NCBI GenBank assembly: GCA_016748015.1
Contig: JAAOMT010000672.1
Location: 381,094-445,093 of the forward strand
Reading direction: 5' to 3'
From: Geosiphon pyriformis uo1
Lineage: Eukaryota; Fungi; Glomeromycota
Length of the DNA: 64,000 nt
Below are positions 51,780 through 64,000 of the stretch, piece by piece; position 1 is the stretch's first letter; every line of letters begins with the position of its first letter. The translations under genes and the position numbers were made by a program. The notes beneath the pieces are model-generated. The model made no database searches. It had not been told where the DNA came from and worked only from the letters and a program-made list of their open reading frames with translations.

Positions 51780-54700
51780 ATCATAGTTTTGTAGATAGAA
51801 ATTAACCCATCCTTCAATTATTAGCAAAGAAGTTTCCCCTTTATATATATTGATACAAATATGATATGAGGTGTGCTGCAACATAACCAGACAAAATAAA
51901 CACTGCCCAGTAGCTTAAATTTTCCTACTCTTCTTTTATCCAAACTCACATTATTAATATGTAACCAAAATGCCAAATATTTTATAGATTGTATATTTTT
52001 TCTACTCTGAATGTTATCCATTTTTTTCAGGCAATGCTTATACAAAGTATTTTATAAATGTTCAGATTAATCCTTTGCATTAAAGTTTTCTTTGATCTAT
52101 GGACTTCTACAAATATTACAAGCACTCAAATCAAAAGAGTCTATCTATTATTTTACAGTTTTTTGAATACTTTACTTAAACAAAATACATCTAATAAAGA
52201 CAAAATTAAACATATCTGTTGTTTTTTAAATACTAAAGAAATTGATTAAGTCTGAATGAAAAATTGCTTTGTAGCTGTTATTAAATTTGTCTTGACAGTA
52301 AAAAATTTGTTTTAACAAACTAATCAAATTAGAAACCTACTTTATCTTGTGTTTTATTGTTTTTATTTTTAAATTGTATAATTTATTATTTATATATTGT
52401 TAATATTGTCAATAAAATACTAAAATGATCAAAATTTTATAAAATAATTAAACAGTTTTAATGATAATTTAATGTACAACAAATATTGTTAAAACTTGAA
52501 TTAATTTTTAACAAATATTAAAAATTATGTTAAAATTGGTTTTAACCAAAAAAAAAAATAAATCATTTATTTTATTTGGTTAGTTTGTTTTTATAAAATA
52601 GTTTTAATATTTTTTACTAACTCAAAAACAAATTAATAATAATTACACAAATACTAAATAAGAATAAATAATGTATGTAAAGGTTTAAAATTTTATTATT
52701 AATTTTACTGCTATATACTAAAAATTTTCAAGTTTTTATAAATCCAAAAATTTTTACAAAAAGTTAAAAGACAAATTTAAAATACTTAATATAAAAAAAG
52801 ATTTCATATTTTTAATAAACTGAATAAATTTAATAAAAATTAATTGCTCTTAACATATAAAAAACAAAATTAATATTATTTGAAAAACAAGTATTGTTTA
52901 TATTTTAGTTTTTTTAAAAAAAATTAAAAAGTAAATTTATTTTTTATTATAAAGCAAATTAATAGTAAAAATAAAAACAGAATTTATAAATTAATTAAAA
53001 ATAATTTAATATAAAACAAAATAATAAAAAATTAAAACATTTATATAAATATTATATTTTAATATTTATTGAATAAAAAAAAATATGTGAAATTTTAAAA
53101 AGAAAAAACTTGAAAAAACAAATTATTTTATTATTGCTATTTTTAAAAATATTATTGAAAAAACAAGAAATAAAGTTCAAATTCCAATTTTTGTTTGCAA
53201 ATAATTATAATTAGAAGATTTGATTCTTATTTTTATAATAATTATTATATAGCTCAACAAATTTTTACTTATTTGTAAATATTTATATTTAATGTTATTA
53301 TATTTATTTTATCTTTTTTTTTAATTTTTTATTTGAAGCAAATATTTATAATTAATATAATTATTTATATATAACATATTTATTATATATAGATATATAT
53401 ATAGATCTTTTAAATATTAATTGGTAATTTTAAATTAAATTAATAATTAAACACTATAACTTTTTATTTATGTTTTATTTAAAATTTAGTTAATAACATT
53501 ATATACAAAAAAACTCAATATTAAAAGTAATAAAAACAAAAAAATAATTAAATAATTATTTTATTGAATTTTCTAAAAATATAATAGTAAAAAAAAAATG
53601 AAAAATTATATTAAATTATTAAAAAACAAGTAAAAATTTATTTTATATAATTAATTAATATTTATTTAAATTATTTTTATATATTTTTAATTATAAATAA
53701 TTATATTAATATTAAATATTTAATTTGACTATTTTTATTAATTTATTTAATGAGTTTTTTTTATAAAATTAAGCATAAATATGTTACAATATTTGTTATT
53801 TAAAAAAAACTTATTTTTAATGTATTTGTTAACATAATTTTAACTGCTAAAAAAATAAACAAAAATTTATTAGATAACTATTATATAAACTTATTTTAAC
53901 AAAATAACTTGATTAAATTTACAATAAATTAATATATTTAGTTAACATACTTTTCTATTTTTCTCGAAAAAATAATGATTAAAGTTAAAAGTTTTACATA
54001 TTTGTTTTTTTAAAAAATTTTAAGTAATACAATTTTTTTTTATATTATTTTCTACTTTTTTTAACAAGTTTTATGTATAATTAAAAGTTTTTTGTGTTAA
54101 AAATATTATTATTGAACAAATAAATTAATTTTAATTTTATATTCAAATATTTTTAACTTTAATTCTAATTAAAAAATATTTAAAAATATTTGAATATTTA
54201 AATAGATTAATTTCTTATTTGTATAAATTAAATAAGATTTTTGCTTAGATTATTTTATTTTTTTATTTTATATTGATAAATATAATTTAATTACTACTTA
54301 TTATAATACAGCAAAACTGCTTCAAAATAGATATAATTTATGCATTTTTTACACTTATTTAAATTAATTAAAACTATATTAAATACTATTTAAAACTTTA
54401 ATATTATTTTATTAATAAGTTTAACAATATTATAAAACTGATTAGAAATAAAACAATTATTTCTATTATATCTAAAATTAATTAAAAGTTTTTTAAAAAA
54501 ACTATTTTATATAATATACTAACAGATCTATAAATATTAATAATTATGAAATTAATACTAATAAACAATTTTTTTTCATATTTAATATTTAATTTTAAAT
54601 TTAGCAACCAAATATGTTTTTTATAATTTATTACCAATTTATAAACAAAAAAAGTATTTTTTGACTGTACTATCTTATTAAAATTAAATATATATATTAA

Positions 54701-57700
54701 TTTCTTTAATTATTTTTTAAATATAAAGTTTTTAATAATAATTATATAAATTTATTTATTTATATATATATTCTGTAATATTTATAAAATCTTAAAATTA
54801 TTAATTAAAACTTCAATGAAAATTTTCTAAAAAGATCTAATTTTTTAATTGCGTATTTTTTAGGAATTTAAAATATACAAAATACATAATTTAATACAAA
54901 ATATATTCAAATATTTAAAATATATAATTTTTTATGCAAAACTTTTATTAAACACATATATAAACCAGCAATTTAATAGTTTGTAAATTTATTTTTAATA
55001 TAATTATTAATACAAATATTTTTCAAAATAATTTTTAATCTAAAAATTTACTATATTTAAAGATTTTTTGATTGAATTTTTATATAAAAACAGAATTTAT
55101 TTATTATATTGTTTTTAAAAATTATAGATAATATTTCTTTTTTTATAATTAAGTTTTATTAATTATACTAATATAATATTTTATAATAATATTAATTATT
55201 GTTTTTTTACAATTTTTCAATCTGTAAATTTATTATTTTTTTGAGTTGATTAATTAATAATATATTTATTGTTAAATACAATAATATTTTATTATAATCT
55301 TAAAAAATAATATATTGTTTTATAATAAATTATTTACAATAATTGTTAAATTTAAGTTATTTAAATATAATATTTAAATATTTAACTATTTTTTAATATT
55401 AAAGTGATAATAATTTATTAAATAATAATTTTTTTGATATTTTTATGTTCTATTATTATTAAATTATTAAATGTCTTTTTTACTTTTTTTTAATAGTTGT
55501 TTTATTATTTTATATTATTACATAAGATTAAGAATATATTGTTTTAATAATATTCCGTTCTTTTTTTCTGGATATTTTAATATATTTATGCTTAATTTTT
55601 ATATTATTTTTAATTATTTTTTAATTAAACTTATTATTTTGTACTATTCTAAGTTAAAACATTATTACTAATTAAAATTTAATTAAATTATTTTTATAAT
55701 AATTAAAAATTATTATTAATATAATATTTTAAATTTTCTATAAAATTAGCATAAAATTATTATTTTTAATTTACAAGTGTAATAAAATACTATAATTAAA
55801 ACTTTAAACTTTATATAAAAAATAATTTCAAGCAGTTTAAATTAAGATTTATGTATTTTATATAGATTTTAAATAATTTAGATTAAGCTTAACTAATTTA
55901 GATTTAAATATATTAAAGTTTTTTATAACAGTAAATAGTTTTATAAATATTTTAGTAAAAGCAAAAATTTAATAACATAAAATAATACAATAAAATTTGT
56001 ATAAAAAAAAGTTTTTTTTTTTAAGAAATATATTTTATAATAAATAATAATATTTATATTTAAAAAAAAATTAATTTACAAAAACAAATTTTTTTAACAA
56101 AAATTATTAATTAGATAAATTTTCTTATTTTATTTTTTTAAAATACTAATTATCAAATTATTAATTATATTAAAATACTAAACTCAAAATAAGTATTATG
56201 GTTATTGTTTGAAAAATATTCTATTAAGTTTTATGTTTTAAAAAAAAACTATTGGAATTTATTAAAAAATTAACAAAAAATAGTCTTAAAATTTAGATTA
56301 TTATATCTAAATTCTTTTTACAACTAAAATTAGATAGTTTATAGTATTTTATTTAATATATAACAGATATTTTATTGATAAAATTAGCTTAAAATTTTAA
56401 TAACAATATAAAAGTAATAAATTGGAATTATTATTAACAAAATAATTATTATTAAAGACAAAAAACAATTAAATAAAAATTTTTTATTTTGTTGTTTAAT
56501 TAATTTGTTAAAAATAATTATTAAATATAATATTATAAATAATTTTATAAAAAAAATATATATTATAAACATAAAATTAACTTATTAAAATTAAATAACT
56601 TACTAAAAACATAATTAAAAATTAAAAAAAACTGTTAAAAAAAACAAAATGAATTAAATATATTATTATTTAAATTATTATTAAATTATTGATTTGTGTT
56701 TATTATAGAAAAATTCAAAATAAAAGCAGAAAATTATGACTGAATTTGATTAACTTGATATTTGTTTTTTAATTTACACAGAAATTTATATATTTAAGAT
56801 TAATATTCAAAATTATGCCAATTTTTTTACTTAATTATAATAAATTTAAATATAATTATTGTTTTAATTATCTTAAAAATAAAGATTTTCTAAAACTATT
56901 TATTAAAACTTTTATTCTTAATTAATATTTTTAGAATATTATAATATATATTTGTTATTTTTTTATAATTGTTTATTTAATAATTTTTATTAAAAAAAAT
57001 GGTCAAATTAAAATTTTTTAAGAATGCATTAAAAAATTTTTTTTATTGTGGATTTTAGACCTAAATTTAAGTTTATTGCTATATTATTTATAATAAAAAA
57101 ACTAATGCTAAACAAACTTATAATTAATATCTTTCAAATACAATACTTTTTTTGAAAATAACAATGATTTGCAAATTATCAAATTATTTTAAAGCCGACT
57201 AGTTTTTTTTTTGTAAAGAAACATTTAAATTTAGAATATATTGTTTTTGAATTTTATATAAAAAATTTTTGACAAAGTTTATAAGTTTTAACAATTAATT
57301 ATTAATAAAAAAGAGCAGATTAAAAATAATATATAAGAAACAAGCAAAAATAACTGAAAATTAACAAAACATTTTATATAAAATTCATAATAAAATCATT
57401 AATTTATGAAAAATATTGACTTTTAAAAAGAAATTCAAACTTTAATATTACAAAAAAATAAAAAATTTCATTTTAAATTAATATAAAAAAAAATGTTTTT
57501 CTAAGAATTATTCAAATTTAAACAACAATATTTTTTAATTTAAGTAATAATATGTAATAATTTTAAGACAAATATTATTTATATTTGAAATATTATTACT
57601 CTTCGATTATATTATTTATTAGTTTATGTAATAAAAAAGTTATTTTAAGACAAATATTATTTATATTTAAAGTATTAATAGTTTGGTTTTATTATTTATT

Positions 57701-60190
57701 AGTTTAAGCAATAATATATAAAAACTTTAAGACAAATATTATTTGTGTTTGAAATATTATTACTTTTTAGTTTTATTATTTACTAATTTAAGTTATAATA
57801 TGAATATTTTAAGATAAATATTATTTGTACTTAGAGCATTAATAGTTTTAGTCTTGTTATTGGCTAATTTAAATAATAATATATAAATATTTTAAAATAA
57901 GTATTATTTGTATTTAAAATATTATGACTTTTTGGTTTTATCATTTACTAATTTAAATAATAGTAAAAATACTTTAAAACAAATATTATTTGTGTTTGAA
58001 GCAATAATAATTCTGATCTAGTAATTTAATTTAAGTAATAATATGTAAAAATTCCAAAACAAATATTATTTATACTTGGAATATTATTATTTTCTGATTT
58101 TATTATTTACTAGTTCAAATTATATTAAAATATTTTAAAACAAATATTATTTGTACTTAAAACATTATTATTTTTTGGTTTTATTATTTACTGGTTTAAA
58201 AATACTTTAAAACAAATATTATCTGTATTTAAAATAATAATAGTTTTAGTTTTACTATTACAATCTAAATCTAAAGCAATAGTATATGAAAATTTAATAA
58301 CAGATATTATTTGTGTTTAAAGCATTAATAATTCTAATTTTATTTATCATTTATTAATTTAAATAATAATATAAAAGATAATTGTATAAATAATATTTTT
58401 AAAATCTGAAATTATAGTAAAACAATTAGTATTTACAGATAAAAACAAGTATTTACAGTTTGTTTTTTTGCTATTATTTTAAATTTATGATGAATTTTTA
58501 ATAAAATTTAATTAATATTTTAATTTATTAAATAAAATTATAATAAAGTTTACATATTTTATTTTTATAAATTATATATTTAGTAGAATAAGTTTTTGAT
58601 TTTTATTTAAGAAATAATAATTATTTTCTTTATATTAATTCAAATTAAGAATATTGCCAAATAAAATTACAAAATATTAATAATTTACTACTAATTTTTT
58701 TTTGTCTTTTATATTACTTTAAATACAACTTTAAAATCATTAGTCTTCTTATTATAAAATATTTAAAATAAAAAATTTATCTATTTATGATCAAAATATA
58801 AAATTTCTAAGATTAAAAACACAATAACAAAAAATTTCTTAAAAAAATAAAAATAAAATAAAATATTCAACTTTTTAGTTTTAATATAAAAATTTATTAT
58901 TGTTTAAAATTTTGTTAAGAACAAAAAAACAATAATTAATTATTTATAAGCAGCTTAAAACTTTTAACAATTAATTCAATTTTTAAATAAAAAGAAATTA
59001 TGTTTATTAAAACAATTTAAAAATTTTTTTATAATTTTAAAATTTATTTTTTTAATTAGAAGTTTTTTTTAGTTAAAGTTTTATTTTAATAACATAATAA
59101 AAACTGTTTTTATGTTATTATAACTATTATTTAAAAATTTAAAATCTTAAAAAAATTTGAAACAAACTTATTTTTATAGTTAAAAATCTTTTTTTAATTA
59201 TATATAGCCAATAATATCTTATAATATATAAATAAAACCAAATGATATTACTTTGGACTTAAGATTTTTATCACAAATAATAAATATTGTTTTTTAAAAT
59301 TTATTTTAACTTGTTAGTATTAATAACTAAATCAAACTATTGTTGAATATTTTTTGTATTTTTTTAATAATATTGTTATAATTAAATATAATATGCTAAT
59401 AAATAATAAGAAAAAACAGTATTATATAACAATAAAAATAATAAAAGAATTTAACTTTAATAAGTAAATTAAATTAATAAAAATTAAATAAATAAAATTA
59501 GTTTTATAAATATTTTGATTATTATTCTTTCCTAAAAGATAACAAAAAAATTTAAAGATAAAGAAATTGTTTATATTATTAATAAAAAATAATATGTTAG
59601 TATAATTTTATGATTTATATTAATATTCTTAAAATTTAATATTAAATATTAGTTGTATTTTTTAGTAAACATTTATTTAATATATTTAACAAAAATCAAA
59701 ATTTATATATATTGAAATAAAATAGTAAAAAAGATTAATAATCAATCAATAACCAAGTAAAAACTAAATTAATAATTAAATTATTGATTAAATTACTATT
59801 ATATAACTAATTTTATAATATTAATTATGATTATGGCTAAATAAATAAATTAAATCTCAAAGTTTTAATCGTAATAATATTATAGTTAATTGGTAAAACT
59901 TTATATATTTGTTTATTTGATTTGATTTTCTTTGTATTAATTTTGTATTTTATCAAATAAATTTTTTTAAACTTAATTTTACTTGTAAAAATGTTTATAT
60001 AGTTGTTAATTAAAGTTTTAAATTACATGTATTAAATTGAATTTAGTTTTTTAATATTAAGTTTCTTAATCTTTTTTAAAGTAAATTAATAATATTTGGT
60101 AGCGTTTTTTAGATTTAAAAAATAATATTACAAAATAAGCATAGTTGTACAAAATTAATAATTGGCTAAAATAATAATAAGTTTTTATGT
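51780..60190. repeat. Block of extremely AT-eroded repeat DNA
   Basis: Very low G+C, nearly no CpG and no credible ORF. Includes a partial copy of the dispersed repeat (~55975-56040). Confidence 0.6.
57540..58370 (+). repeat. Tandem array, 10 units of ~82 bp
   Basis: Core (c/t)a(a/g)(a/g)tattat at 57569, 57651, 57733, 57815, 57898, 57980, 58060, 58141, 58213 and 58301. Confidence 0.85.
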
Positions 60191-61440
60191 TAATATTTAA
60201 ATAATTAATAAATATTATTTTGGAATTTAATATTATTATTCAATATATTATTGATAAAAATTTAAATTTTAAATGGGCATATAAAAATTGGTTAATACAA
60301 TCAACAAGAAGTTGACTTAAATTCAAATATCCAAAACTGGTTTTAATTTTTTGCTTAATTTTTAAAATATAGTATTAGTAAAATAGAAATAAAATTACAT
60401 ATATAATAAAAATAATTTTATATTGTTTGATATTTTTTTTTAAAGTTTACTAGTAAATTAATCTATTTATCAATCCAAATTTTTGGATTTTCTGATCATT
60501 AGGCTTAATTTTTTTTAAGTAGTAATAATAGTAAGCTAAGTAATTTTGATTTGATTGTATAAATTTATCTGATTTATTTTGCAATATTAAATAATATTTT
60601 CTGTGTATTCAATATCGATTATTTTTTCTTTAGAATTAATTATTTTTTGTCAAATTAGATTATAAAGCAATCTAAATTATAATATTGGCTAGAATTTTAA
60701 TAAAAATATAAAATGCTAAAACTAAAAGTAATTGTTCAAAATATTTCAAATTAAATTTGACATCTAGTTTATGGGCTTATTTTAGCTGGATGTTTTTGTT
60801 ATTGTTGCTAAACCACTTAAATTTAAGCTTCTTAAATATAATAAAATATAATAAAATTATTGAGTTTTAGTAATAATATATAAATTTATGTTGGTTTCGA
60901 AAATAAAATTTGTAATAAAATTGGTTTCGATTTTCGATTTTCAACAGTTTTATTAATTGGTTTGTAAATTTAGAAATTAAATAAATAAATATAATAACAA
61001 ATTTATAACAATATTACAATTATTATTAACAAAAAATTAAGCAATAAACACATAGTTTAGTATAAATATTAACAAAATATGTTTCTGTTTTTATATATAG
61101 TTAATATATAATAATGGTTTTAATAATTTTTATTCAAGTATTTTTCACCAACCAAAAAACATTCCTTTTATGTATTTCATGAATTAAATTTTAAATATAT
61201 TTTCTTAAGCAAGTTTGGACTTGTTTTATAGATTGAACATTTTTATTGATAATATAAAAATCTACAAAATAATAATATCAAGAATAAAAGTTGAATAAAA
61301 AAATAATTAGTATTGAACATAAATAGTAATAATTTAATAATCACTTTTTTTTATAAAAAATAAAATATGTAATAATAAAATTATATTTTTTTATCTTATG
61401 CAATAATTTGTCTTTTGCCTAAAATTAATATTTTATTTTA
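60190..61440 (-). mobile_element. Third Gypsy remnant (Cys-rich motif + dUTPase), heavily eroded
   Basis: Minus strand reads TKLCVYCLIFC (~61060; cf. TQLCDYCLIPC), KWFSNNNKNIQLK*AHKLDVKFNLKY (~60820; cf. KWFNNNNEGIMPEHTHDTNAKFDLRY), KIIDIEYTENII (cf. GIIDAGYVRNII) and RKIQKFG (cf. RGIQGFG). Confidence 0.75.
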
Positions 61441-61749
61441 TATAAATCTAAATTTGATATGAAAAAATGCATTAATATATAATATTTTTTTGTAATCAAT
61501 GATTAAAAATTTTATACTTGAATTTCTATTTAATTAATATTCATATGCTAATCAAGATTTTGTTATGCTTAAGAATTTCGACTTGTAATAAAAATTTTTA
61601 AAAACAATTTTACATTTTCCAATTTTTTTTCAAAGCTTTTCAAGAAAATAAATAAAAACTTTTTGAAAATCCTCAAACTTTACAAAATTATAAACATTTT
61701 ATTAAAAAATTACAATTAACTAATAACATAATATGCGTCTATTATTTAA

Positions 61750-63540
61750 TAACATTTTTAAGGGATTCTTTATGGTTAATTCATAGATTAATATAAGTTT
61801 AAAATTTTGCCTTCCAATTCAATTGGTCTCAAATAATATTTAATAATGATAAAACTATTTCTTTTGAGAAATAATCTTTGCAAATTCTCTAGCTTTCCTG
61901 GATAAAATAACCCAAGTTAAGGAGCAGATACTATTTTACAATATAAATATTTGTATAAAATTCAAGTGGTTTTGTCCAAAATATATTTTAAATTATCAAT
62001 ATTTTAACTTCTTATCTCACGATCTCAGTAGCTTATTGAAATGTTGGAATTTTTAATGTTGGAATTTTTACAAATTTTAGCAGCAAGATCGTCATATTTT
62101 GCTAGTGATTCGGTTAAAGACAAAATGATGCTATTGTTTTCCCTAAAACCAACATCTTTGTAGTGGCTTATATGTTTCTTTTGTATGGAATATTTTATTC
62201 ACACTATTCAATTTTTCGCTTTTTTTTTATAGATATATTTACATTGATAAAATTTAAATGATCCTTTTTTATGATTGTATCATTAATTTAGTTCCTGAAT
62301 TATGAGTCATAATATTTCCTAAAACATTTGCAAAACATATTTTTTAAAGAATCATACTTAAAAACATGGAGGCATAATTTTATTATTAACAGAAGCTTAA
62401 AACATTGATCAAAAAATTATTATAAAAAGCAATAGAGTTATCAATAATCAATTATAAAAATCTATAAATATTTTTCTAAAACAAAAATGTTATTTATTTT
62501 ACACAAATAATAAGTTAATCTGTTCAAATATTTATAATTGAAATCAATTAAAAACCTCCCGATTAAATTAGAAAATTTCGAAGATCCCCTTTATAAAAAA
62601 AAACAGGAAAGCGATGTCAACTAAAACTCTTTTAGTTATTTAGAAGGCATTGTTAATTCTGGATATTCTTTTCTTTTTGCTTATACTTGATTCATTTTGC
62701 TTATACTTGATTCGTTTTGCTGGAGTGAGTTGAACTGGAAGAACATTTATATGATCATTGTTTAATGAATTTTTATTCATCCTTTTGGCAGTTAAGAATA
62801 CATCGGTCTATATATTAAAGGTAAAATTTTTTTAATAGTGAAACATTATAAATATTAATACTTATTAATTCTTACCTCAAAATTCATCAATTAAATTAAA
62901 TCTTTAGCAAAAGTTTCAAAATCTTCAAAACAAATTGGTATCTTCATAGAAAGGAATTCATCAAGTAAGTAAATTGATGGAAGTGGTCGGATTAAGTATT
63001 TGATATTAATGTAGCCATCTATAATCAAAAAATATATAAATGTAAGTAAAAATATTATTATTTGATTATTTGATTNNNNNNNNNNNNNNNNNNNNATAAA
63101 TTAAAAAATAAATTAAAAATGATAAATTAGAAAATAAATTAAGAACGATAAATTAAAATATAAATTAAAAATAAATTAAAAACGAAATTAAAGATAAGTT
63201 AAAAAATAAATATATAATACTTACCAATGAGTAAAAATTTGTATGATCTTAATAAAAGTAAGGATCAAACCTCCACTTATAAATGATTTGCGAACAAGAG
63301 TTAGAATTTGGTTTCTATTACTCGCTGCTTTAGTAAATTGACTGATATATTGTCGAAATTTGTTCGTTTGATTCCATAATTGTCTTTTGAATATATCACT
63401 TAACCAATAATTTTGATCAAGATCAAAATTTGAATTAATTGTTTTTTTTATTTCTCTATTAAAAATATCAATTTCTTTCTTTTCGTTGATACTCTTTCAG
63501 GAATTCAAATAATTTTCACTTTCATTCTCACTATTACTTT
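61750..63540 (-). pseudogene. Spliced pseudogene of unknown product (possibly TE-encoded)
   Basis: Exon-like segments bounded by gtaagt/gtaaga donors and (t)atag acceptors (e.g. ~63020-62876: RWLH*YQILNPTTSINLLT**IPFYEDTNLF*RF*NFC*RF), with stops at inferred CGA/CAA codons. Confidence 0.5.
63076..63095. other. Assembly gap (20 N)
   Basis: Run of n. Confidence 1.
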
Positions 63541-63830
63541 TGTTCAAGTATGGAATCAACGAACGAATTTCGACAATATATCAGTCAATTTACTAAAGCA
63601 GCGAGTAATAGAAACCAAATTCTAACTCTTGTTCGCAAATCATTTATAAGTGGAGGTTTGATCCTTACTTTTATTAAGATCATACAAATTTTTACTCATT
63701 GGTAAGTATTATATATTTATTTTTTAACTTATCTTTAATTTCGTTTTTAATTTATTTTTAATTTATATTTTAATTTATCGTTCTTAATTTATTTTCTAAT
63801 TTATCATTTTTAATTTATTTTTTAATTTAT
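63096..63830. repeat. Near-perfect inverted repeat, arms 63096-63378 and 63549-63830, 170-bp spacer
   Basis: The right arm is the reverse complement of the left, with differences seen only at the inner edge. Confidence 0.92.
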
Positions 63831-64000
63831 CGTTTTTAATTTATTTTTTGCTTTATCATTTTTATATTATTTTTAAATTTATTATTTTTAATTTATTGTT
63901 TTTCTAATTTAATTATAGTTTATTTTTTGATTTATTGTTTTTAATTTATTTAATTTTTAATTTTAATTTTTCTTTTAGCTCGGTTCGATTAGAAGCTCCT

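Noticed and set aside
57540-58370. CRISPR-like array
   Set aside because: Units are homologous along their whole length, with no unique spacers and no cas genes; the context is eukaryotic.
63980-64000. ggttcga as a tRNA T-loop or B-box
   Set aside because: No cloverleaf or A-box upstream; it follows an intron-like acceptor at the window edge.

Overview
AT-rich eukaryotic (fungal) genomic DNA. The intron style, repeat content and retroelement protein families suggest an early-diverging Mucoromycota/Glomeromycotina fungus, most like Geosiphon; this is an inference from recalled families, not a search. Positions 1-24 kb are a nest of decayed retroelements: a dUTPase-bearing Ty3/Gypsy element with an extra post-integrase ORF, inserted into the RT region of an APE-type LINE; a second, far more degraded Gypsy on the minus strand with a solo LTR nested in its 5' LTR; and a 2.3-kb polyadenylated ORF1-only (HAL1-like) element. 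Positions 24.5-30 kb hold a decayed gene remnant and one intact 8-exon gene, a PXB-PX-DUF3818 protein (yeast Lec1/YPR097W-like). Positions 30-51 kb are a microsatellite-rich gene desert with two convergent, intronless, TATA-preceded paralogues of an unrecognised ~200-aa family that share an exactly spaced serine ladder. Positions 52-64 kb are extremely AT-degraded repeat DNA containing a ~82-bp tandem array, a third Gypsy dUTPase remnant, a pseudogene and a fold-back next to an N gap. Repeats show pervasive C->T/G->A erosion in CpG and non-CpG contexts, whereas neighbouring genes do not.
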